Shown here: positions 48,240 through 57,702 of the stretch, in pieces
Position numbering within the stretch: the first letter of the stretch is position 1
Layout of the letters: each line of letters starts with the position of its first letter
Source of the DNA: Polyangiaceae bacterium
GTDB taxonomy: Bacteria > Myxococcota_A > Polyangia > Polyangiales > Polyangiaceae
Assembly (NCBI GenBank): GCA_050287085.1
Contig: JBNKBE010000012.1
Location: 96,001 to 160,000 of the forward strand
Length of the DNA: 64,000 nucleotides
Reading direction: 5' to 3'
Made by a program: the position numbers and the translations under genes
The notes under the pieces: model-generated
Told to the model about the DNA's origin: nothing
What the model saw: the letters and a program-made list of their open reading frames with translations, nothing else
Databases searched by the model: none

Positions 48240-48300
48240 GCAGCGAACCTAATCTACAGCGCCCCGCGTCGCAAAGTGTATCAGGCAGCGCTGAGCGTAG

Positions 48301-48999
48301 TCAGGAGGCGTCTGAGATGCGGTAGCGCTGCCAAAACGAGCGGACGAAAGAAAGACTGACAAGCAGCGTTCCAAAGCTACACAGCCACGGAGCGAACGCC
48401 GACGGCAGGACAAACGCCAGCAAGAACGAGCCGATCATCAGGGCGTAGATAGTGCGGCCAAAGCGGGTGCGTGGGGCACGTCCCACGGGCGTCGGCACGA
48501 CCAACGGAGCCAATACGTAGAGGTAGTGCCAAGCGCCAACCCATACCAGAGCGCGAGGGATCAACCCGGCATGATGCAAGGCCAAGGGCAGGGCCGTGAC
48601 CAACACCGAATCCACCTCAACGTCGTACAATGCGCCAAAAGGCCCCTCAAGCCCGTCGCGCCGCGCAAGCCAGCCGTCGAGCCCGTCCAGAACCAATATT
48701 AGAAGCCCGAGAATACCAGTGCCGGGCAAAGGCAGGGCGCCTGCGGTGAGCAGAAGTCCCAAGACACCTCCAAGGCGCAACGTCGTGACGACGTTGGCGC
48801 TCCCGAAGTGCCCTGTAGGGCTCCACGCGCGGCGCCCGAGAAAGAGCAGCCCGGCGAGCGACACGCCGCTATAGACCGCCAACAACGACGGATCGGGCGC
48901 CCACGACGCAAGCAGAATCACCGCTAGCATTCCAGCCGAATGCCACAGCAGCCAGCGCTCCATGACAGCGAATCGCGCTTTCTCCGCCGCGTCGCTCAA
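48301..48999 (-). CDS. CDP-alcohol phosphatidyltransferase family protein
   Basis: ANVVTTLR and DGLDGWLARR...FGALYDVEVD signature. Confidence 0.92.
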   Translation of the reverse strand: MSDAAEKARFAVMERWLLWHSAGMLAVILLASWAPDPSLLAVYSGVSLAGLLFLGRRAWSPTGHFGSANVVTTLRLGGVLGLLLTAGALPLPGTGILGLLILVLDGLDGWLARRDGLEGPFGALYDVEVDSVLVTALPLALHHAGLIPRALVWVGAWHYLYVLAPLVVPTPVGRAPRTRFGRTIYALMIGSFLLAFVLPSAFAPWLCSFGTLLVSLSFVRSFWQRYRISDAS

Positions 49000-50726
49000 G
49001 CGCCAGCCATCGCCTCCAACAGGGGGGGGACCATCACCATCAGCTCATGAGCCACAGAACGAGCTGCGAATAACACAAGGGCCCCGCGCTCCCCCGCAAT
49101 AGCTGCCTCCGAAGCCACACCCCCGGACATCAGGGTGCTAGCCGCCACGAAAGCACCAGCGTTCAGCTCCCCAACCCCAGCACCGTCACGCTGAAGCAAC
49201 ACGCTGCCCCCGGTCACGATGTACAACCCTGGCAGAGGCACCCCCGCCTTGACGAGCTCCTCGCCGGGAGAAAAGACCTTCACATCCATTCGCGCGAACA
49301 CCGTCTCGCGCAGCGATTGGTCTAGTGCCGCCCCCAGCGGCCCCAATGTCGCTCCACAATAGGCCAAGTAGCGATCCGCGATAAAACGCAGTTCGTCCGC
49401 CACCCAGGGACACTCTTCCAGGCATTGGCGCATTTCCGCAGGGCGCCACAACGCAACGCGAGTTCCGCTCTCCTCCGCCAGAACACGAAGCGCGAGGTTG
49501 TCTTCGAGCGATCCCTGCGTGAAGACGACGTCACCCGCACGCGCGTGAGCCCCCGCTTCATCAGCGAAAGCAGGCAGAACATACACGGCCCCAGCGGTCA
49601 CTATCGCGGCGCCAAATAGGCCAACCTCCTCGCCCTTGTCCAAAGCCTCAACCCGGGCCGAGGCGCCAAGACGCAGCTGCACCGGCTCCGGTAGGTCTTC
49701 AAACCCAGGCACGTCCGCAAGGGAGAAGCCGTCCACGTCTTTGGTCAGCGCCAGAGCGGGAGGAAAGCTGGACTCGATCCACTCTCGCGTCGGACGATCC
49801 ACCTCCGGATCCCCATACTCCGCCGCTGAGGGGGCGATGCTGGGCGCGGCTATCAGCCCATCCGGATCGGAATAGGGTCCCGTCCGTCCCGAATCGCTCG
49901 GCGGCTCAGAGCTCCAGTGGGGCAGCAAGTCAACCGCTGCCTCAACCGGCTCCAGGCTGTCCTGAAGGTCCTCGAGCTCCTCCAACTCTTCAAACTCTTC
50001 TAGTTCCTCTTCCTCTGCGTCATCGTCAGGCACCAGCTCCAAACGGGGCACGCGCCCCGACGGGGGGATCACTGGGCTCGAAGACGGAAAGCGACTGTCA
50101 GGCCCGATGGATGCCAAGACCTCTGGGGATTCCTCCGGATACGCACGGAATGGCTCGTCTGCTCTGCGCGCATACGCTTCCAAACTCCCCGCGTACCCCC
50201 CATCGGCCACAACAGTCGGCTCGAACGATTCCCCCAACGGTGGAGGCGGGGGACGCGTGTCGGCCGAAAAGGCATCCGAGGGCGGACGGGAACCGTCGAA
50301 GGGTGACAAATCGGCGGGCGGCGGAGCGTTGAAGGGACTGCTCGTCCCATCGTCGGCAAGATCTGGCTCGTCAAAATCCAACGGGGACACCTCCCGACGA
50401 TGCCTCACGGCGCCGTTCTGCACCTCTTCAGCCTCGAGCTCCATCTCGACGTCGATATCGATGGCCTCGTCGTCCGTCTCGCCCCACATCGACTCGGCAA
50501 GGCGCGCCGCCATGCCGCGCAACTCCTCGGCGCGCTCCAGGGCCCCGCCGTGCGCAGCCGCTTCCGCCGCCCGACGGATCCAGACGATGGCGTCCGCCTT
50601 GCCGCCTCGCTGCCATTGCGCCAGCGCGGTCGAAATCGCCCAGCGCACGTCATCATCGTCCGACTCGCGGGTGCCAAAGGCGTCTTCCAGTGCCGCGCCT
50701 TCGTTCATCCTCAGCATCCTATGCAC
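48996..50726 (-). CDS. Cyclic-nucleotide-binding-domain protein with acidic/Pro-rich linker
   Basis: C-terminal FSPGEELVKAG...GLYIVTGGSV...LNAGAFV cNMP-like domain preceded by a degenerate copy; start uncertain. Confidence 0.7.
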   Translation of the reverse strand: MHRMLRMNEGAALEDAFGTRESDDDDVRWAISTALAQWQRGGKADAIVWIRRAAEAAAHGGALERAEELRGMAARLAESMWGETDDEAIDIDVEMELEAEEVQNGAVRHRREVSPLDFDEPDLADDGTSSPFNAPPPADLSPFDGSRPPSDAFSADTRPPPPPLGESFEPTVVADGGYAGSLEAYARRADEPFRAYPEESPEVLASIGPDSRFPSSSPVIPPSGRVPRLELVPDDDAEEEELEEFEELEELEDLQDSLEPVEAAVDLLPHWSSEPPSDSGRTGPYSDPDGLIAAPSIAPSAAEYGDPEVDRPTREWIESSFPPALALTKDVDGFSLADVPGFEDLPEPVQLRLGASARVEALDKGEEVGLFGAAIVTAGAVYVLPAFADEAGAHARAGDVVFTQGSLEDNLALRVLAEESGTRVALWRPAEMRQCLEECPWVADELRFIADRYLAYCGATLGPLGAALDQSLRETVFARMDVKVFSPGEELVKAGVPLPGLYIVTGGSVLLQRDGAGVGELNAGAFVAASTLMSGGVASEAAIAGERGALVLFAARSVAHELMVMVPPLLEAMAGA

Positions 50727-50851
50727 ATCCGCAGCCTACTCCAGGCCACAGCTCGACGCCCAGATACGACGTTTCGACCGACCAGAATCTCAATGGGCAC
50801 GCAGATCCAATGTGCACCGCGCTGCCGCACCCCTGCAAACGAAATGCTGTC

Positions 50852-53554
50852 TCACTGAGCATGCACGTAGATTTCGCGGTCCTTGGCTCCGTTCGCCGGG
50901 CCAACCACCCCGTTGGCCTCCATCGCTTCCACGATTTTGGCAGCCCGATTGTAGCCGATCGTTAGCTTTCGTTGCAGCCATGAGGTGGAACAGCGCTGAG
51001 TTTGAGCTACGATGGCCACCGCTTCGTCATAGCGAGGATCCAAGGGCTGTTCCTTCGATTCGTCGCCCTCATCTTCCTCTTCCTGGAGGATGATGTCGCG
51101 GTACTCTGGCGTACCCTGGGTACGTAGGTAGGCGGTCAGCTCGTTGACCTCTTCCTCGCTGATGAAGGGACACTGCACGCGGTGAGTGTCGGTGGAGCCG
51201 TTCAGCTTGACCAACATGTCGCCTTTGCCGAGCAACAATTCGGCCCCCATCTCGTCCAGGATCGTGCGACTGTCCACTTTCTGCGCCACGCGGAAGGCGA
51301 TACGAGTAGGGAAGTTGGCTTTGATCATCCCAGTGATGACATCGACGCTGGGGCGCTGCGTCGCCAACACGACGTGCATGCCGGCCGCGCGAGCCTTTTG
51401 AGCGAGACGCGCAACGGATGCTTCCACCTCTTTGCCCTGCTGCATCATGAGGTCGGCAAATTCGTCGACGACGATGACGATATGCGGCATCCGCCCCGGA
51501 AGCGCCACGCCATCGGTGCCCGTCTGGGCTGCCGCTACGGTCACCACCTGGCCATCCGCGGTGAGCGCTTCGACTTCCGCCGGCGGGGGCGCTGGAAGCT
51601 CGCCACGCTGCACGCGATCAGTCCATTGATTGTAGGTCGTGATGTTCTTCGTCCCAGCCGTGGCAAAGGCTTGATAACGCCGCTCCATCTCGTCGACGGC
51701 CCACTTCAAGGCCTTGTTTGCCTGCTTCATGTCGGTCACGACCGGCAAGAGCATGTGGGGGATACCGTCAAAGGGAGCGAGCTCTACCACCTTCGGATCC
51801 ACCATCAGCATGCGCAGCTCGTCTGGCGTGCGCTTGAACAACAAGCTCGAGAGCATGACATTGAGCCCAACGCTCTTTCCGGCCCCCGTCGCCCCCGCCA
51901 CGATCACGTGTGGCATGGCCGCCAGATCGGCGAAAAACGGCGCGCCCACAATGTTGCGTCCCAAGACAACCGGCAACGCGGCATCCCCCGCTAGCGCCTC
52001 GAAGCGCTCGTCCTCCACCAGCTCACGCAAGCTCACCGGAGTGCGTGTGTCATTGGGCAACTCAAAGCCAATACGCGCCTTGCCCGGAATCGGCGCGATG
52101 ATACGAACCTTGCGGGAAAGACCCAACGCGAGGTCGTCACATAAGCCCGCCACCTTGCTCACCTTGGTTCCCGCCAGAGGTGAGACCTCGTAGGTCGTGA
52201 CCGTCGGACCGGGATGCACCTCTTCAACCTTGCCGGTAACCCCATAGTCCAAGAGCGTGGTCTCAAGCCGCTGCGCAAGCTCGAATACCCGCTTCTCGTC
52301 GATCGGTCCGGCTCCGGCTTTGGCTTCGAGCAACAACTCGGTTGAGGGCAGCTCGAAGCGCCCCGCGCGCGCGCGAACGCGGCGCCTAGTGGAACGCTCG
52401 ACCTCGCTGTTGAGCGTCGTATCCACAATTTTTGGGGCGAGCGCGGCCCCCTCGTCGCCGGACGGGGGAGCGTTGCCTCCGAGCCCATCTTCGCCCCCGC
52501 GTGCGTCTGCCGAGCCCTCCAGTCTGGAGCTGGCCGGCTCCGAGCCTGGGTCCTCACACGGGTCCTCGCCTGCGCTGGACTCCCAATCGTCCAGCAGGTC
52601 CTCTTCGCCCGGCCGAGGCGCCACCGACGGGGCCAAGGGTGAGCCGGCAGCAGCCGCTTCAGCCTCCTGCCCGTCACCCGCCAAGTCCAAATCCGCAACG
52701 AAAACGGGCGCCGGGGTCGGCGTTTCCGGGTAGAGCATGCCACTGGACGGAAAGGCCGCGCGCAGAGAGTCGGCGATCACCAATGGGGGACGACCCGTGC
52801 GCTCGAGGGGAACCCAAGGTTCGCCAAAATCGAGACTCGCCAAGGCCGACTTGCTGGCCCCCGCGTGCACGACCCGCTCCGTCGAAGGCTGAAGGCGTCG
52901 CAACTCGCTGGCCGCATGCCACACACGCGTCAGGTACCGCAGCAGGTGACGCAGATGCAGCCCCAAGAGGCGGGCCCCCTCGATGGCCTGCTCACACCAC
53001 TGGATGAAAGAAAACTCAGAACGGCCGATAAGAATCAGCCCAATGAGCGTCAGACCTACCAGATACGAACCCAGGGTCGAGAAGAGGGCCGACATGAGCT
53101 CACCAAAGAGCAAGCCAACGTTCCCTCCTACGCGCAGCGCCCCAAATACCTCGGCGTGGGGACTCGCGACATGCACCAAAGCCGAGGCCACAATGGCCAT
53201 CAACACGTCGCCCGCTAGGCGCAGTCCTGACAGACGGAGCTGACGCTCGCGAAAGAGCGGCACCGCTAGCCACAGCAGTTCAAGAGGAGCAAGCCATGCG
53301 ACCACCCCAAAGCCCTGAGCCAGGACGGAAGCACAGGTCGCACCCACCGGCCCAACCCAGTTGCCGCCACTCACATCCGGGTCGGATGGATCGAGCTGCA
53401 AGCTGGACAAGGCCAGCGAAAGATAGACAGCAAGAGCGACCAAGACCAAAGCCAGGGTCTCAGGCAGCGGCCCCGCAGGGACCGAGTGCGAACGGACCGA
53501 GCGACGCGGGGCGGCCGTTGCCGACGCGCGAGGAGTGAATAATCGAACGCCCAT
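50852..53554 (-). CDS. ftsK: DNA translocase FtsK
   Basis: N-terminal TM domain; GATGAGKSV, MVDPK, VVDEFADLM, ATQRPSVDVITG and LLGKGDML; gamma domain LQRKLTIGYNRAA. Confidence 0.97.
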   Translation of the reverse strand: MGVRLFTPRASATAAPRRSVRSHSVPAGPLPETLALVLVALAVYLSLALSSLQLDPSDPDVSGGNWVGPVGATCASVLAQGFGVVAWLAPLELLWLAVPLFRERQLRLSGLRLAGDVLMAIVASALVHVASPHAEVFGALRVGGNVGLLFGELMSALFSTLGSYLVGLTLIGLILIGRSEFSFIQWCEQAIEGARLLGLHLRHLLRYLTRVWHAASELRRLQPSTERVVHAGASKSALASLDFGEPWVPLERTGRPPLVIADSLRAAFPSSGMLYPETPTPAPVFVADLDLAGDGQEAEAAAAGSPLAPSVAPRPGEEDLLDDWESSAGEDPCEDPGSEPASSRLEGSADARGGEDGLGGNAPPSGDEGAALAPKIVDTTLNSEVERSTRRRVRARAGRFELPSTELLLEAKAGAGPIDEKRVFELAQRLETTLLDYGVTGKVEEVHPGPTVTTYEVSPLAGTKVSKVAGLCDDLALGLSRKVRIIAPIPGKARIGFELPNDTRTPVSLRELVEDERFEALAGDAALPVVLGRNIVGAPFFADLAAMPHVIVAGATGAGKSVGLNVMLSSLLFKRTPDELRMLMVDPKVVELAPFDGIPHMLLPVVTDMKQANKALKWAVDEMERRYQAFATAGTKNITTYNQWTDRVQRGELPAPPPAEVEALTADGQVVTVAAAQTGTDGVALPGRMPHIVIVVDEFADLMMQQGKEVEASVARLAQKARAAGMHVVLATQRPSVDVITGMIKANFPTRIAFRVAQKVDSRTILDEMGAELLLGKGDMLVKLNGSTDTHRVQCPFISEEEVNELTAYLRTQGTPEYRDIILQEEEDEGDESKEQPLDPRYDEAVAIVAQTQRCSTSWLQRKLTIGYNRAAKIVEAMEANGVVGPANGAKDREIYVHAQ

Positions 53555-53755
53555 GAATCCTACTCAAGCCTACAGTATCACACCCTCACCGACCCAGTTA
53601 TCTGCGCCAGCGCGGGCGCTGCACTTCATTAAGGTCTCGTCCGGCGCGGTGGTCCGCCCACCTCCGTCCTTGAGTGTCAGCCCAGCCGACGTATATTTCG
53701 GTGCCGAGGGGTGGCGGCCGGGCTCCGTTCTCGGCATCGTAGGCATAGGCATTGA

Positions 53756-55390
53756 ATGACGACAATTACTAGGGGACTTGGTCGCGCGCTGCCGCTGCTC
53801 GTGCTGCTCGCAGCCAGCAGCTTGGCGGGATGCAGAACGACCGAGAAGGAACTGCAGCGCTGGGCTAGCACCCAGCACGGGCCTGAGAAGTTGGTCGCGG
53901 TATTGGTCCACGACAAATACGACGCCGATCTTCGCGGCCAGGCTGCCCTCGCGTTGGTGGGGATGAAGCTGAGAGGCGGACGCCGGCTCGGCATCGATCT
54001 GCTGCTGGACGCCTACCCAAGGCTCTCAGACGAGGAGCGCAGAGAGCTCAATACGCGCTTGGTGCCCGCGCTGATCGTCGAATTGAGAAAACCCCCACCC
54101 GCGCCCCAGTCCGAGGGAAATCCGGTCCAGGACGAGTCGATCGCCTTCAAAGACGCTGCGGCCGCCCTATTGACCGAAAACGCCGCCCTCATTCCAGATC
54201 AGGGCCAGCGCGATGAACTCAGCAACGCGTTGTCGGACTGGGCCTTTGTGGCGTTCGACACGCGTGTTGATGCTTCGGGTCAGCGTATCGATATGCAGCG
54301 CATGCTCGAGTTGCTGGGGCCGCGCAGCGTCAAACGCTTTCCCGACTTGCTTCAGACCGAAGCCTTGAAGCTCGGACGCGCCGTCCAGATCATTGACAAG
54401 GTAGCGGACAAGGCGACGCGCGCCGCGGCTGGACGCCGCCTGATCGCGATCGCCAACGAGGTGAGTTCGGCACGGTGGCTACAAAACAAGCGCAAACTGG
54501 TCGAAGACGCCAATCTCAAAGCAGGGGCCAAAGTATCGGGTCCCCGCCTGGAGCTGCAGCTCAAGCGCTTCCAGGAAGAAGAACTCAGCCGCATCTTCGG
54601 ATTGATGAAGCGGGTGCACAGCCCAGAGGTTGTGGGTTACCTGGTGGCCCACGCGGCATCGAATAACCATGCAGTCAAGACACGCCAGGCCGCTCTGATT
54701 GCGTTGGATGGTCTCGTGGCTCACGCTGACAAGGGGATCGCTGCCCCCTTGCTCACCCTCGCCAAAGATCCGGCGACCGACAGCGAAATCCGCGCCCTAG
54801 CATTGCGCCGCGCAGGTGAACGGCCCCGTAGCGAATTGGCCGCGCCCTTGTTCGAGTTCTTTGACAGCAAGGACTGGCGGATACGACAGGCGGCGGCTGA
54901 ACTCCTGCTCGTGCTGGGCAAGCAGGAGGACCTCGAAGCCTTCATGGCCCACATCCCATCCGTCAAGAATCTGACTATCAGCGAACCACTGCGCTATGGA
55001 CGACTGATTGGGCAGCTCAAAGGAAAAAGTCACTTCCGCGATCTCGTCGCACCCTACCTCTCAGGCCGACACAGCGTACCCGAACGACTGAGCGCGCTGG
55101 GTGCCTACTATGCCCACGGCACGCCCGCGGACCTGGCAGCCCTAGAGCGGTGGGAGGGCGATCCAACCCCCGCCCCCGCCTGCCAACGCGACGCCGAAGG
55201 ATGCAGCTGGGAGTGCAGCGGGGAAAGCGTCAAATCCGTCGGCGCCTTCGTGAAATGGTGCGTTCGCCCTGAGATCGACCGCCGCGCGCAGTTGGAAAAA
55301 GCCCAAGCGGTTGCAGCTCCCAAGACGAACGCCAAGAAACCAGCCGGCCCGGCAGCAAATGCGTCGCCCCCGGGTGAGAAGACGCAGTAA
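53756..55390 (+). CDS. Lipoprotein with HEAT-like helical repeats
   Basis: Lipobox LAGC; DSEIRALAL and DWRIRQAAA repeats; C-terminal Cys cluster. Confidence 0.75.
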   Translation: MTTITRGLGRALPLLVLLAASSLAGCRTTEKELQRWASTQHGPEKLVAVLVHDKYDADLRGQAALALVGMKLRGGRRLGIDLLLDAYPRLSDEERRELNTRLVPALIVELRKPPPAPQSEGNPVQDESIAFKDAAAALLTENAALIPDQGQRDELSNALSDWAFVAFDTRVDASGQRIDMQRMLELLGPRSVKRFPDLLQTEALKLGRAVQIIDKVADKATRAAAGRRLIAIANEVSSARWLQNKRKLVEDANLKAGAKVSGPRLELQLKRFQEEELSRIFGLMKRVHSPEVVGYLVAHAASNNHAVKTRQAALIALDGLVAHADKGIAAPLLTLAKDPATDSEIRALALRRAGERPRSELAAPLFEFFDSKDWRIRQAAAELLLVLGKQEDLEAFMAHIPSVKNLTISEPLRYGRLIGQLKGKSHFRDLVAPYLSGRHSVPERLSALGAYYAHGTPADLAALERWEGDPTPAPACQRDAEGCSWECSGESVKSVGAFVKWCVRPEIDRRAQLEKAQAVAAPKTNAKKPAGPAANASPPGEKTQ

Positions 55391-55449
55391 GCTTTGGCGC
55401 CGAGGCCTCGCGCCCTCGACGCGCACACTCCGATGGGATCCCAGCGCTG

Positions 55450-56253
55450 ATGTCAGACACGAACAAGACCGACCGCTCCTTCAAGTGCCGCGAGGCACTT
55501 TGGCACAAGTTTGAGCAAATGGCTGCCGAGCTCGACTGTTCGGTGGACTACTTGATCAACGACGCGATGAAGCAGTACGCACGGCAACGCGGGTACGGCA
55601 CGCGCGGCCTCGGTTCCGCGCCCAGCGCGTCGGCTCCCCCGTTGCCCAACATGGCAGGTCCCACCGGAGTCCTAGCACCCCCTGCCCCTCCCCTGACGGT
55701 TCCGCAGCGCTCCCCCGCCGGCCCCCCCCAGGGGCCGGGTCGTGCAGCGGTTGGTGGTCCTCCTCCTCCGCCGCCGATGGCCCCGCCGCCGATGGCTCCG
55801 CCACCGCCGCCACAGACGCGGCTGTCAGCACCTCCCCGCGGACCCGGGGCCGCGACCTTGCCCATATCACCCCTGGCCCCCGGCGCTCCCCCACCGCCGC
55901 CCCCACCGCCACCGGCGGCGCCACCGCGCGCCCGACACGATGGCAGCGCTCGCAATCATGCGCTGCCCGCGGCAGGTTCCCTCAACCTCTACTACATGGG
56001 TGAACGCTTCCCCATCACCAAAGAGCGCTTCGTCATCGGACGCGGCAAGCAGTCGAGTGACCTGACGATCAAAGATCCGAACGTCTCCCGCCAGCACGCC
56101 CTCGTAGAATTCCTAAACGGCCAATACTTCATGGTCGATATGGGCTCGACGAACGGTGTCGAATACGAGGGGCAGCGTATCCAGCGTCAGGTCATCGGCG
56201 AAGGGGACGTCTTTCACGTCTGTGACCACGAGCTCCGCTTTTCATCCCACTGA
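55450..56253 (+). CDS. Ribbon-helix-helix-like + Pro-rich linker + FHA domain protein
   Basis: N-terminal RSFKC...LWHKFEQMAAELDCSVDYLINDAMKQY; FHA motifs IGRG, VSRQHA and DMGSTNG. Confidence 0.85.
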   Translation: MSDTNKTDRSFKCREALWHKFEQMAAELDCSVDYLINDAMKQYARQRGYGTRGLGSAPSASAPPLPNMAGPTGVLAPPAPPLTVPQRSPAGPPQGPGRAAVGGPPPPPPMAPPPMAPPPPPQTRLSAPPRGPGAATLPISPLAPGAPPPPPPPPPAAPPRARHDGSARNHALPAAGSLNLYYMGERFPITKERFVIGRGKQSSDLTIKDPNVSRQHALVEFLNGQYFMVDMGSTNGVEYEGQRIQRQVIGEGDVFHVCDHELRFSSH

Positions 56254-56277
56254 GCACACCGACCTCGCTAGGAGCGT

Positions 56278-57582
56278 GTGTTCTTCTTCCGCAGCCTCCG
56301 ACTCAACGCACTCGCATTCCCCCTGGCAGCGTGGGCAGTGTGTTACCCTCGAAGCCCAGCCGCGGCACAGGAGCTTCCCTGGCGTTGGCCGGGCTCCACA
56401 CCGCTTCCGCCAGCCGCTAGAAGCGCCGAGATTGCAAACGCCGAGGCTGGGCTTTTCATGGCCCCACGCGCGGACGCGCCACGACGCGGCGCTGCGCTGA
56501 GTGGAGCCCGCCTCACCATCTTCGGCGTTCACCCCGGCGGAGCAGGGTGCACCGGTCGCTGGTTCTTGGTCGGTCATGCCGCGTGGCTGTGCGAAGACGA
56601 AATGCGCCTATCAGCCTGGCCGGCGAGCGATGGCTCGGCACGGCTGTACAGCAACGGACTGCCCTATCGCTACTTCTTCGTCGGCGCTGACGGAAGCCTC
56701 GGGTACAACACGCTCGAACTGGCGGGCGAGGGTATTGCCGACTCCCAACTCCAACCCGGATTCGCGGTCGCAGTGGTGCGCGAGCACCAGCAGCCCGGCT
56801 CGGGGGAGCCCTACCTTGAAACCAGTCACGGCCTGTTCTTGCCAGCACGAGACCTGACCCCTGCTCAGGCCTCTACGTTCCAAGGTGAAGAGCTCTCAGA
56901 CGGGCTTCTAGACGTCGCCTGGACGCGGCCGAGAAACACCTGGATCTACGACGTACCCGCAGGCAGACGTCAGCGCGCAGTGGGGAAGCGGCATGCGCTA
57001 AGACTCCGAAACCCACCGCCCGCGCTGAGCGAGCGGAAGCTCGACACGTGGTTGCAATTGAAGGACGACGGCTGGGTACGCCGCAAAGACCTCATAGTGC
57101 TGCGCCCACCCCACGTCGCGCCGGCCAATGCGCCTTCGGAAGATGCACCTTGGGAGCGCTGGCTATTCGTCGACACCACCTCACAAACCCTCACGGCATA
57201 CCAAGGTGTAACCCCGGTATTTGCAACACTCGTCTCGACCGGCCGAGGCGCCGTCGGCAGCGAAACGGCCACTCCGCGCGGGACATTCCGCCTCTGGATC
57301 AAGCTTCGGAGCTCAGACATGACAGACCTCGAAGTCGACACGGGGGACGCCAGTTATGCCATCGAGGAAGTCCCCTGGGTCATGTTCTTCCACGGCGGAT
57401 ACGGTCTGCACGGGGCTTTCTGGCATGACGCCTTCGGCGAGCGCCGTAGCCACGGATGCATCAACCTGAGCCCCGAGGACGCTCGTTTCCTTTTCGAGTG
57501 GACAGCGCCAGCCCTACCGCGAGGGTGGCATGCGGTGCTCCCCACAGAGCACGATCCCGGCACTCGCATCATCATTGAATAA
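56278..57582 (+). CDS. L,D-transpeptidase (YkuD family)
   Basis: VSTG, TPRGTF and HGAFWH...SHGCINL catalytic motif. Confidence 0.9.
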   Translation: MFFFRSLRLNALAFPLAAWAVCYPRSPAAAQELPWRWPGSTPLPPAARSAEIANAEAGLFMAPRADAPRRGAALSGARLTIFGVHPGGAGCTGRWFLVGHAAWLCEDEMRLSAWPASDGSARLYSNGLPYRYFFVGADGSLGYNTLELAGEGIADSQLQPGFAVAVVREHQQPGSGEPYLETSHGLFLPARDLTPAQASTFQGEELSDGLLDVAWTRPRNTWIYDVPAGRRQRAVGKRHALRLRNPPPALSERKLDTWLQLKDDGWVRRKDLIVLRPPHVAPANAPSEDAPWERWLFVDTTSQTLTAYQGVTPVFATLVSTGRGAVGSETATPRGTFRLWIKLRSSDMTDLEVDTGDASYAIEEVPWVMFFHGGYGLHGAFWHDAFGERRSHGCINLSPEDARFLFEWTAPALPRGWHAVLPTEHDPGTRIIIE

Positions 57583-57702
57583 CGGCCGGCGATTTCTTCG
57601 CTGCTTTGCTGGCCGAATCCCAAGGCTCGGCGCTTTGATGACGTAGCGTCCGGGCGATCGGCTATTGCCATGAGGCAAGGGCATTCCCTAGGATCGCCTT
57701 CG

